A stretch of 64,000 nucleotides of DNA. It comes from an uncultured delta proteobacterium (GTDB lineage Bacteria; Desulfobacterota; Binatia; Binatales; Binataceae). The DNA lies in assembly GCA_963794325.1 (NCBI GenBank), contig CAWCDG010000004.1, forward strand, positions 800,001-864,000, read 5' to 3'. The position numbers and the translations under genes were made by a program. Shown one piece after another: positions 1 through 8,112 of the stretch (the first letter of the stretch is position 1; every line of letters starts with the position of its first letter). The notes beneath the pieces are model-generated. The model searched no databases. It was not told the origin of the DNA and worked only from the letters and a program-made list of their open reading frames with translations.

Positions 1-127
1 GATACACGTAGATCACGGCATTGCCCGGTGGCGACGAGATCTTTTCGAAAGGCGTCCCCTGCACGGCGCATCCGATTGCCGTGGACGCGATCACGCCGAG
101 CATCAATAACAGCAGCCCGCGATTCAT
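1..127 (-). CDS. Lipoprotein, DUF2846-like (partial; runs off the left edge)
   Basis: Not in the ORF track. Read by hand: MNRGLLLLMLGVIASTAIGC-AVQGTPFEKISSPPGNAVIYVY. Has a lipobox and an AVIYVY(R) motif; ATGA overlap with the stop of the upstream gene. Confidence 0.7.
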   Translation of the reverse strand, partial: MNRGLLLLMLGVIASTAIGCAVQGTPFEKISSPPGNAVIYVY

Positions 128-729
128 GGTCCAGCGGATGTAGCCGGAGCTTTTCCGGCGCTGCCGACAGCTTTCGCCAGCCGCGCTTCATCGCTGTAGA
201 TCTTCTGATCGATCCTTTGCCGCACTGCCGCGCGTGCAGCTTCGTCCACCTCGGCGTGGGTCACGTTGTGGTACATGTTGTACGACTCGGAGGCGTGCTC
301 CTTGGCGGTGTAGTCGGCAAGAATCGTGTCGCCGTCGCTGATCGACAAGGACGCAAACGCCGTGACGCCGATATCGCCGAGCGGAGCACCGATCAGGTTG
401 GCCGGATCGAGCGCGGAAATTGCCAGCGGCACGTGATAGTCGTCGTGCGTCAATTCCTCGCGATAGGTGAACGTCACCGGCGAGCTATCCGCCAGGGACA
501 TCGCGATCGCCGGCGGCAGTTCATTGGGATCGCCGGAAAGCAGCTTGCCTTTGAACGGCAACGGATGAGCCGGCACATCGGCGACCTTGGGCGCAATCAC
601 CAGTTGCGCGTGCGATTGATCCGCGACCCCGGTTTGCGATTGCGATTGCGCTTGGATCGATTGTTGGCTGCTACATCCGGACACGGCGATCGCAGCAAAA
701 AGGACCGCGAGAACAAATTTATGTCTCAT
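124..729 (-). CDS. Hypothetical lipoprotein
   Basis: Start trimmed to ATG at 729: MRHKFVLAVLFAAIAVSGC signal peptide with lipobox. Confidence 0.75.
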   Translation of the reverse strand: MRHKFVLAVLFAAIAVSGCSSQQSIQAQSQSQTGVADQSHAQLVIAPKVADVPAHPLPFKGKLLSGDPNELPPAIAMSLADSSPVTFTYREELTHDDYHVPLAISALDPANLIGAPLGDIGVTAFASLSISDGDTILADYTAKEHASESYNMYHNVTHAEVDEAARAAVRQRIDQKIYSDEARLAKAVGSAGKAPATSAGP

Positions 730-791
730 GACCTGGCGGCGCTGCTTCTCTAAGAATCTCGCCGCGCCGTATCCAGATGATATCAGAAAAC

Positions 792-1472
792 TCAGCGCTC
801 CTTGACGATGCCGCTGGCGACATAAACCGTCCCGCCCAGCATTTGTTCGACCCCCAGCTCTTGCAAAATACCCTCGAGATGGCTCCACGGGCGCGCCAGA
901 CCCTCGAGCGTGCTGGTCGATCGCAACGCCGCGTTCCACACGAATAGATTCAGCGGCATCGTGCGGACCGGCGCCCACTTGAGTCCGGCCGCGACCACCC
1001 GCGCGCCCGGCTTCAGATAGCTGACGACGTTGGCGAGCGCCTTCGGCGTGCGCATTATGTCGTGCGTAAAATGGAACAGCGCGGCATCGGCGGCAATCGG
1101 GATCGCAGCCTCCTCGACCGAAGCCGAGATCAACTCGACGTTCTTCCAGCTATTCTCCTCCGCCCGCGCACGCGCCCGCTCGAGCATCTCAGGACTCTGC
1201 TCGATTCCGACGATCGAGCCTGTAGGGCCGACCAGTCCTTCGAGAGCCGTGAAGCTAAGCCCAGTGCCGCATCCGACGTCCAAAACGCGATCGCCCTTCT
1301 TCAGCCCCAACCGATCGATCGCCTGATGTCGAATAGGCTCGAACAACAACAGCTCGAGATCGTAGATCCGCGCGCGCGACCGATACTGCCGCAGCGCAGC
1401 CGACCGATTCGGCGTAAACAGCCGCGCAAATCTCTGAACCGGTTGCGATCGATCGTCAGGAGGATTGTCCAC
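792..1472 (-). CDS. Class I SAM-dependent methyltransferase (UbiE-like)
   Basis: VLDVGCGTG motif I; IVGIEQSPEML motif II. Confidence 0.9.
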   Translation of the reverse strand: MDNPPDDRSQPVQRFARLFTPNRSAALRQYRSRARIYDLELLLFEPIRHQAIDRLGLKKGDRVLDVGCGTGLSFTALEGLVGPTGSIVGIEQSPEMLERARARAEENSWKNVELISASVEEAAIPIAADAALFHFTHDIMRTPKALANVVSYLKPGARVVAAGLKWAPVRTMPLNLFVWNAALRSTSTLEGLARPWSHLEGILQELGVEQMLGGTVYVASGIVKER

Positions 1473-1534
1473 GCTCGATGCCTCGCCCTACGAAATATCA
1501 CGAAACCCCCGCGCCGTCGCGCTCGATTCCAGCG

Positions 1535-1620
1535 CCCTCACCCGTCGGACGACATGAATGTCGTCTGCCGACCTCTCCCGGTTTGCGGCTGGCGCCCGAG
1601 TCGCCAGCCGCGGGAGAGGT
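1535..1620. repeat. REP-like nested palindromic element (CCCTCACCC...ACCTCTCCCG...CGGGAGAGGT type)
   Basis: Hairpins GACGACAT/ATGTCGTC, ACCTCTCCCG/CGGGAGAGGT and inner GCGGCTGGCG/CGCCAGCCGC. Confidence 0.7.
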
Positions 1621-1634
1621 AATTCAAGATCCGG

Positions 1635-1762
1635 GATTCTTCGCTACGCTCTAGAATGACACAAAAAAATTCTAACAGGGGCGAAGCCCCGCATCTTGTC
1701 TTGATACCGGGTGCAGGGGTCACCCCTGCCGAAGGAAGCGTGAAACCCACCGCGGGTTTCAC
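1635..1762. repeat. Cluster of short intergenic palindromic repeats
   Basis: GATTCTTCGCTACGCTCTAGAATGAC unit, GGGGCGAAGCCCC, GCAGGGGTCACCCCTGC and GTGAAACCC-N5-GGGTTTCAC (1740-1762). Confidence 0.6.
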
Positions 1763-1837
1763 TTTAAAATCAAGTGATTTACCCTTCCCCCCATGCTCGC
1801 CAGCGAGCCGCGCTCACTTACTAGCCAGGCGCCGCCT

Positions 1838-2284
1838 TCACATCCCCTTGCCGCTCATGCGCAGGCGGCGGCCAGTCAAACGAACCCCCGTGGTTTCATC
1901 GACTACCACCGGACGCACTTCGCGGCCCGTTTCGTTGTCGACCAGAATCACCGGCGGACCGTCTTCGCCCCATAGCCAGTCGCTGCCCCATCGCCACATC
2001 GCGGCCAGCACGTCCCAAAACGCCTTGCCCTTGTCCGTCAGCCGATACTCGAAACGCGGAGGGCGATCCTCGTACGAGACTTTTTTCAGCAGCCCTTCAT
2101 CGACCAGCCGATCGAGCCGCCGGGCGAGCACTGCGCGCGGGACTTTCAGCGCGCGCTGGAAATCCTCGAAGCGGCGGCGTCCCAGGAACGCCTCGCGCAT
2201 CACGAGCGGCGTCCACCAATCGCCGACCAGGTCGGTGGTGCGCGCGATTGGGCACGGCCACTGATCGAACCGGGTTCGCCGCAT
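1838..2284 (-). CDS. HxlR-family winged-helix transcriptional regulator
   Basis: MRRTRFDQWPCPIARTTDLVGDWWT...RRFEDF...RPPRFEYRLTDKG; start at 2284 overlaps the upstream TGA (TGATG). Confidence 0.9.
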   Translation of the reverse strand: MRRTRFDQWPCPIARTTDLVGDWWTPLVMREAFLGRRRFEDFQRALKVPRAVLARRLDRLVDEGLLKKVSYEDRPPRFEYRLTDKGKAFWDVLAAMWRWGSDWLWGEDGPPVILVDNETGREVRPVVVDETTGVRLTGRRLRMSGKGM

Positions 2285-4536
2285 CAGGCAACCGCCTCGA
2301 TTCGCGCCGGCACGTGCTTGTGAAATGGCGTGCCCGCGAACCAGTCGCGATCCTCGGTCACCGTAAGCTCGTTCGGCGCGACCCCGTGCTGAAATTCCTG
2401 TCCTTCGCGGTCGGGGTACCACAGTCCCGTTCCGTTCGGCAGCGCGACGTGCCCAGGCAGCATCGTATCCGTCAGCTCGACCACACTCTCCGCGCTCGCA
2501 CGCTTGGTCGTGATACGTACACGGCCGCCGCTTTGAACTCCAAGCGCGGCGGCGTCAGCCGGGTTCATCCAGAGCGCGCCCGCCGGATCCTTAGGACGCC
2601 AACCCGGATCGCGGATGATCGTGTTCGCGGTGCCGGATCGCCGCTGGCCCGCCGAGAGCACGAATGGAAATTCAGGATCGTGCGACGGCTGCTCGTCGCG
2701 CAGTGATTTGAGCTCAGGCATCAGCTCGCCGATAGTCAGATTGATCTTATTGTCGTGAATTCTGCGCCAGGTTTCTTCGTATGAATCGACACTGACCACG
2801 ACGCCCGATCGCTCTTTCAAAATCGCGTCGAACAGCGCGTTGCCGAGTGCCGGACCTTCTTCGATGAAGCCCGCGCGGCGCAACGACTCCGGATACCTGC
2901 GCGCGAAGTTTTGCGCGATACCGAACAGTGACGCCGCATTCTCGTTGCCCTTCCCCAGCGTCGGACCGAGAGTCTCATACAGCAGCACCGTTATTACTTC
3001 CCCCAGATGCGGCCGCTCGGACACGACTCGCATCAGCTCCATCGCGTAGGCGGCCCTGCCCTTGGCGGCCGCTGCGTGCAGAGGCGCAACGTCTTCATCG
3101 GTCATCGCGCCGATCGCGCGAACCAGCCGGCGATGGATTTCTCCCTCGGGCAGCGTTCCGGGAATCGGATCGAGAATCGGCGCGCGCAGCGTGAACGTAT
3201 TCGCGTAGTCCGTCTCGGTATGGAACGCCGCGCCGAAGAAAGTCGCTTCCCATTTTTCGTACTGCGACGACGCCGGCAGCACGTAGTGCGCCTCACGCGC
3301 GCTCTCGCTCATCGCAACGTCGATGACCACGACAAATTCCAGCGCCCGCAGCGCCTCGCGCATCCGCGTGCTGTCGGCGACCGAGTGCGCGGGATTTTCG
3401 CTTTCAATGAGCATCGCGCGGAACCGCTTGGGATGGTCCGTCAGGATTTCATCGGGGATCACGTTGGCCGGGATCATTCCGCCGATGATGCGATGCCCGC
3501 CGACCGGACTGGTCTGCGATGACAGCGCTCCGCCGAACATCCCGGTCAGACTGGTTCCCGCATTCATGCCGCCGCGCTTCCCGACGTTCCCGGTCACCGC
3601 GAACAGAAGTTTCTCCAGGTATGAGTTGAGGGTGCTATGCAGCGACTGCTCGATCCCTAAGTCTTCGTAAACCGAAACGCTCGACGCGCGCGCGATACGC
3701 CGGGCGACGTCGCGAACCAGCGCTTCGTCGAGGCCCGCCCGCGCACAATAATCCGCCACCGGAACGTCGCTCAGCGCCGCGAACAGTTCGTCGCTGTTTT
3801 GCGTGCGATCGCGAATGTAGTCGTGACTGATCAGATCCTCTTGCACCAGCACGCCGAGGATCGCTGAAAGACAGAACGCATCCGTGCCCGGACGCACTCT
3901 CAAATGGTAGTCGGCCATCTCCGCGGTCTCCGTGCGGCGCGGATCGATCACGACGAGCGCGCGGTTTGGGTCTGCCGCAATGTCGCGGAGAATCGGACGC
4001 GCGCGCTGGAAGCCATGCGACTGCCATGGATTCTTGCCGACGAATACCGCGACCTCCGCTTGCTGATAGCTTCCGCCGAGTCCCGTTCCGAAAAGCTGAT
4101 GGTCCACCCAGAACTCGCCGGTCTTTTCCTGCGCAAGAGCGTTGGAGCTGAACACCGAACCAAGCGCGCGGCGCGTCGACGCACCATAACTGCCGCACAG
4201 ATGATTGCCCTGTCCGCCGCCGCCGTAATAGAAGATGCTCGCGCCGCCGTGGGCATCCCGCACTTTCTTGAATCCCGTCGCGACCTCGGCAATCGCGGTG
4301 TCCCAATCGATTTCCTCGAAGCTGCCGTCGGGACGCCGCCGAAGCGGTGACGTCAGCCGGTCGCGCCCGTTCTGGTAGTAGTCGATTCGCTGCGCCTTCT
4401 CGCATGCGTAGCCCTTCGACGCGACGTGATCGCGATTTCCACGGACCCGAGTGATGCGACGCCCGTCGAGTTTTACTTCCACGCCGCAGTTCACGCTGCA
4501 CAGGATGCAAATAGTTTTCTGCCAGTCGTCGCTCAT
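2284..4536 (-). CDS. Molybdopterin-dependent oxidoreductase (DMSO reductase superfamily)
   Basis: N-terminal CILCSVNC...C 4Fe-4S motif, RLTSPL, VVIDPRRTETA, C-terminal molydop-binding domain (WMNPADAAALG). Confidence 0.92.
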   Translation of the reverse strand: MSDDWQKTICILCSVNCGVEVKLDGRRITRVRGNRDHVASKGYACEKAQRIDYYQNGRDRLTSPLRRRPDGSFEEIDWDTAIAEVATGFKKVRDAHGGASIFYYGGGGQGNHLCGSYGASTRRALGSVFSSNALAQEKTGEFWVDHQLFGTGLGGSYQQAEVAVFVGKNPWQSHGFQRARPILRDIAADPNRALVVIDPRRTETAEMADYHLRVRPGTDAFCLSAILGVLVQEDLISHDYIRDRTQNSDELFAALSDVPVADYCARAGLDEALVRDVARRIARASSVSVYEDLGIEQSLHSTLNSYLEKLLFAVTGNVGKRGGMNAGTSLTGMFGGALSSQTSPVGGHRIIGGMIPANVIPDEILTDHPKRFRAMLIESENPAHSVADSTRMREALRALEFVVVIDVAMSESAREAHYVLPASSQYEKWEATFFGAAFHTETDYANTFTLRAPILDPIPGTLPEGEIHRRLVRAIGAMTDEDVAPLHAAAAKGRAAYAMELMRVVSERPHLGEVITVLLYETLGPTLGKGNENAASLFGIAQNFARRYPESLRRAGFIEEGPALGNALFDAILKERSGVVVSVDSYEETWRRIHDNKINLTIGELMPELKSLRDEQPSHDPEFPFVLSAGQRRSGTANTIIRDPGWRPKDPAGALWMNPADAAALGVQSGGRVRITTKRASAESVVELTDTMLPGHVALPNGTGLWYPDREGQEFQHGVAPNELTVTEDRDWFAGTPFHKHVPARIEAVA

Positions 4537-4555
4537 AGCGGGCCTCCCTGTATCC

Positions 4556-4599
4556 AGTTCATCTAAAGAACTACATAGTTCAACAAGAGAATGAACTAT
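4556..4599. promoter_or_regulatory. Tandem palindromic operator, probably for the HxlR regulator
   Basis: AGTTC-N7-GAACT (4556-4572) and ATAGTTCA-N9-TGAACTAT (4575-4599), directly upstream of the oxidoreductase-hxlR operon. Confidence 0.55.
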
Positions 4600-4689
4600 C
4601 TTTCAATTCCACGCAATCGGAAAAAATTCGGCCCGCCGGGTTCAAATCACGATCTACGGCTCCTTCCTTCCGGCCGCACTGAGATGAAC

Positions 4690-4785
4690 TGGCGGAGGGG
4701 GGAGGGAGTCGAACCCTCCGGCAACAATATTAGCCGCCAAGCCGGTTTTGAAGACCGGTGGGGCCACCGGGCCCCTTCCTCCTCC
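4690..4785 (-). tRNA. selC: tRNA-Sec (anticodon UCA)
   Basis: Minus strand folds as 8-bp acceptor, 6-bp D stem GGGGCC/GGCCCC, CCGGT-CT-TCA-AA-ACCGG anticodon arm, long variable arm, GAGGG-TTCGACT-CCCTC T arm, G discriminator and CCA; 96 nt. Confidence 0.95.
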
Positions 4786-4964
4786 AGCCCTTGTTTATTA
4801 AGGGGTTACAGCGATTTGCACAACCTGAGAATCGGCTCGAGTGCCACTTACTGCCCACAATTTTCGGATTCGGTTTTCCGCAAAGGTCAGAAGCATGTAG
4901 CCTTGGCGATTCCGCCGGAACCTTTTGAGACTCCTGGCTGCCTCGCTACCTTGGTGGTTTGGTA

Positions 4965-6824
4965 ATGCTCGCGCCTCCACGTCAAGAGCGCTATATCATC
5001 GAGCAGGTTTTCAGCGAGATGCATCCATCGGAAGATCAGCTCCGGATCATGATCGATACCATGCCCGCACTGGCATGGTCCTGTCTGCCCGATGGCGCCA
5101 ATGAATTTACCAATAAGCGATGGCGCGATTATACCGGGCTTTCACAGGTCGAAGCTCTCGGGTTGGGATGGCAACGGACATTTCATCCGGACGATTTGGG
5201 AAAGGTCATGGAGAATTGGCGCGCCGTTCAGGCTTCCGGAGAACCGAGCGGGGCGGAAGCCCGCATGCGGCGGTTCGACGGAGAGTATCGCTGGTTCCTG
5301 ATTCGTGCCGAACCGGTTCGCGACCAGCACGGTAACATCGTCAGATGGTTCGGAACGAGTACGGATATCGAGGAGCTGAAGCGAGCCGAGAAGGAGCTTC
5401 GCGACCTAGTTGACTACGTTCCACAGCTCATCGTTATCCGTGAACCCGATGGACGCAGTCTATACGCCAACCGAGCTACCCTTGAGTATCTTGGCCGCAC
5501 CTTCGAGGAGTTTCTAGAACCAGGCTTTGATCAGACAGTGATCCATCCCGACGATTGGGACAAAGTGACGAGCGCGAGCCTGCGGGGCTCCCACCCTGTG
5601 CAGTTCGAACTCGAAGCACGAATGAAGGGGAAGGACGGCCTCTATCGCTGGTTTCTGTATCGCTTCAATCCTCTGCTGGACTGTGACGGACGCGTCCTTC
5701 GTTGGTTCGTGACGGGTACTGAAATCGAAGCTCTGAAACAAGCCGAAGAGAGGGCGCAGAATGAGAACCTGGCGCTACGTGAGGAAGTCGACAAGGCTTC
5801 GATGTTCGAGGAGATCGTCGGAAATTCGCCCACTCTGCGAGCGGTCTTAACTCGAGTCGCCAAGGTTGCGCCGACTGAATCCACGATCCTTATCGCCGGT
5901 GAGACCGGAACGGGTAAGGAGCTCATCGCCCGCGCGATCCACAAGCGATCGTTGCGATCCTCGCGCCCGTTCGTGAGCGTGAACTGTGCGGCGATCCCGC
6001 AATCGTTGATCGCCTCGGAGTTGTTCGGTCACGAGAAAGGAGCCTTCACTGGAGCGTCGCAGCGCCGTCTTGGCCGCTTCGAGATGGCCGAGGGCGGTAC
6101 GCTGTTCCTCGACGAGGTCGGCGAGCTTCCCACCGAGACCCAGATTGCTCTTCTACGCGTACTTCAGGATCGTCAGTTCGAGCGTGTCGGCGGTAATCAG
6201 CCAATTCGAGCAGACGTCCGAGTGATCTCCGCCACTAATCGGGATCTAAAAGCCGCGATGGCAACTGGCGCTTTTCGCAGCGACCTGTTCTATCGCTTGA
6301 ACGTATTTCCCATCGAGATTCCTCCTCTCCGGGAAAGGACGGACGATATTCCGATCCTGGTCGAGTACTTCATCGACCGCTACGCGACCGAAGCGGGGAA
6401 AAAAATACGCTATGTCAGCAAAGAGAGCATGGAACTGCTTCAGTCCTATCCCTGGCCCGGCAACGTTCGCGAGCTGCAGAATGTAATCGAGCGCTCAGTG
6501 ATCCTTTGCGAAACGGAAACGTTTTCAGTCGACGAGAGTTGGCTGTCCCACGACACTGATCGGACCGTGCCCGCGAGCCAGCCGCTAGTCCAAATGCTCG
6601 CGACCCAGGAAAAGGCGTTGATCGAAACAGCGTTGGCTGAAACACGCGGCCAAGTGTCCGGCCCCACGGGTGCTGCTGCGAAACTCAGCATGCGTCCGTC
6701 CACGCTGGAATCCAAGATCAGAACACTTAAGATCAACAAACACCGCTTCAAAGCCCCTAGCGAGGGTCCATCTGAGTCCTCGCAATCCACTCGCGGAGGT
6801 AGGCGGGGCAATTTTCGAATTTGA
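4965..6824 (+). CDS. PAS-PAS sigma54-dependent transcriptional activator (FhlA/NtrC-like, Fis HTH)
   Basis: Two PAS/PAC domains, GETGTGKE Walker A, GAFTGA loop, LFLDE Walker B, WPGNVREL. Start could be 4959, 4965 or 5019. Confidence 0.95.
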   Translation: MLAPPRQERYIIEQVFSEMHPSEDQLRIMIDTMPALAWSCLPDGANEFTNKRWRDYTGLSQVEALGLGWQRTFHPDDLGKVMENWRAVQASGEPSGAEARMRRFDGEYRWFLIRAEPVRDQHGNIVRWFGTSTDIEELKRAEKELRDLVDYVPQLIVIREPDGRSLYANRATLEYLGRTFEEFLEPGFDQTVIHPDDWDKVTSASLRGSHPVQFELEARMKGKDGLYRWFLYRFNPLLDCDGRVLRWFVTGTEIEALKQAEERAQNENLALREEVDKASMFEEIVGNSPTLRAVLTRVAKVAPTESTILIAGETGTGKELIARAIHKRSLRSSRPFVSVNCAAIPQSLIASELFGHEKGAFTGASQRRLGRFEMAEGGTLFLDEVGELPTETQIALLRVLQDRQFERVGGNQPIRADVRVISATNRDLKAAMATGAFRSDLFYRLNVFPIEIPPLRERTDDIPILVEYFIDRYATEAGKKIRYVSKESMELLQSYPWPGNVRELQNVIERSVILCETETFSVDESWLSHDTDRTVPASQPLVQMLATQEKALIETALAETRGQVSGPTGAAAKLSMRPSTLESKIRTLKINKHRFKAPSEGPSESSQSTRGGRRGNFRI

Positions 6825-7020
6825 TGCCATCTGCATTCCAGCGCGCGAGTTCCGCCACCACTTCCCGATCGACGCGCTTCACCTCTCGGAGATCCAAAAC
6901 GGTTGGCAGAGCCTCTCCATCGAATGCCACTTGCAACTCCGTGGCATGCTCGGCGTCGATATGGCCACTGAGTGTGAAGAGCACGAAGTCAGGGTTCGCA
7001 GACCTTACGATCTTCAGCAT
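6757..7020 (-). CDS. Small STAS-like protein
   Basis: MLKI...FTLSGHID...VLDLREVKRVDRE...NCPAYLREWI, an anti-anti-sigma-like fold pattern. Confidence 0.75.
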   Translation of the reverse strand: MLKIVRSANPDFVLFTLSGHIDAEHATELQVAFDGEALPTVLDLREVKRVDREVVAELARWNADGIKFENCPAYLREWIARTQMDPR

Positions 7021-7185
7021 CGATTTTTTCTCGCGCGGCAGGCTCGGATAACTTGATTGTGGAGTTCTTCACGAGCTTCGCGGGCACTCGTAGAGCCAGA
7101 TACGTGCCACGGCCCGCTCCCGGGCAAAACGTCTCACTTCGGCCAGACATCACAGCGCCGCGACAATAACGATCGCAACCGAAGG

Positions 7186-7219
7186 TCGTGAGTTTTCGAG
7201 AATTCGCGAAAACTCGCGA
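7186..7219. promoter_or_regulatory. Putative upstream activator sequence (inverted repeat)
   Basis: TCGTGAGTTTTCG-N8-CGAAAACTCGCGA (1 mismatch), 70-100 bp upstream of the sigma54 promoter. Confidence 0.65.
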
Positions 7220-7283
7220 ATGAGTGTTCGCGGCGACGCAGAGGCAAAGCTCGATAATCAAGGATGTGTGGCGTGCATAGCGA

Positions 7284-7300
7284 CGGGTACGACGCTTGCA
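7284..7300 (+). promoter_or_regulatory. Sigma54 (-24/-12) promoter of the ycaC operon
   Basis: CGGGTACGACGCTTGCA = GG-N10-GC with ACG and TTGCA consensus; IHF-like AATCAAggatGTG at 7256-7268. Confidence 0.75.
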
Positions 7301-7359
7301 CACACCCCTCTCGCCTGTCGCAACGATCAGACTTAACTCACTCAGAATAGGAGTCGCTC

Positions 7360-8055
7360 ATGTCTAAGATGAAGCGCAGCGAGAAAGGACTGCTGACCCC
7401 GGATAATTGCGTGGTCGCGCTGATCGACCATCAGCCTCAGATGCTCTTTGGAGTTTCCAATTTCGACCGCCAATCGATCATCAACAACACCGTCGCGCTA
7501 GCGAAAGCGGCAAGGGTATTCTCTCTCCCAGTTGTCCTCAGCACGGTGGAAAGCAAGAGTTTCAGCGGAAATATCTGGCCGCAGATCAAGGCTGTCTTTC
7601 CGAACCAGGTCCCCATCGAGCGAACTTCTATGGATGCCTGGGATGACAAGAACTTCGTTGCCGCGATCGAAAAGAGCGGCCGGAAAAAGATCGTTTTGGC
7701 GGGACTTTGGACGGAAACCTGCGTCGCGCTGCCAACCATCCAGGCCATTCACGACGGCTACGAAATCTATGTGGTCGAAGATTGCTGCGGCGACGTGAGC
7801 CAACTTAATCACGACAATGCGATGAAGCGTGTGATCCAGGCCGGCGCCAAACCCGTTACCGCACTATCCGTGATGCTCGAATGGCAGCGCGATTGGGCAG
7901 AGACAGACACATACGACGCGGTCATGGACATCGTGAAGACTCACTGTGGCGCCTACGGCGTCGGCGTCGAGTATGCATACACAATGATACACGGACTTCC
8001 GCCGACGCAGTTAGCCGCATACGTCGTTCCGCAGGCCCCGGCGAAGCAAAAGTAA
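7360..8055 (+). CDS. ycaC: YcaC-like isochorismatase-family cysteine hydrolase
   Basis: LIDHQPQM, ERTSMDAW, GLWTETC, LEWQRDW motifs; AGGAG RBS. Confidence 0.9.
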   Translation: MSKMKRSEKGLLTPDNCVVALIDHQPQMLFGVSNFDRQSIINNTVALAKAARVFSLPVVLSTVESKSFSGNIWPQIKAVFPNQVPIERTSMDAWDDKNFVAAIEKSGRKKIVLAGLWTETCVALPTIQAIHDGYEIYVVEDCCGDVSQLNHDNAMKRVIQAGAKPVTALSVMLEWQRDWAETDTYDAVMDIVKTHCGAYGVGVEYAYTMIHGLPPTQLAAYVVPQAPAKQK

Positions 8056-8112
8056 CAACACGGCCGGTGTTCGCGTTCTCAATCACGAGCAAGGTGAGAA
8101 GAGGAGCAGCGT

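Noticed and set aside
2284-4536. Selenoprotein hypothesis for the molybdoenzyme next to selC
   Set aside because: The ORF is open for 750 codons with no in-frame TGA; adjacency alone is not evidence.
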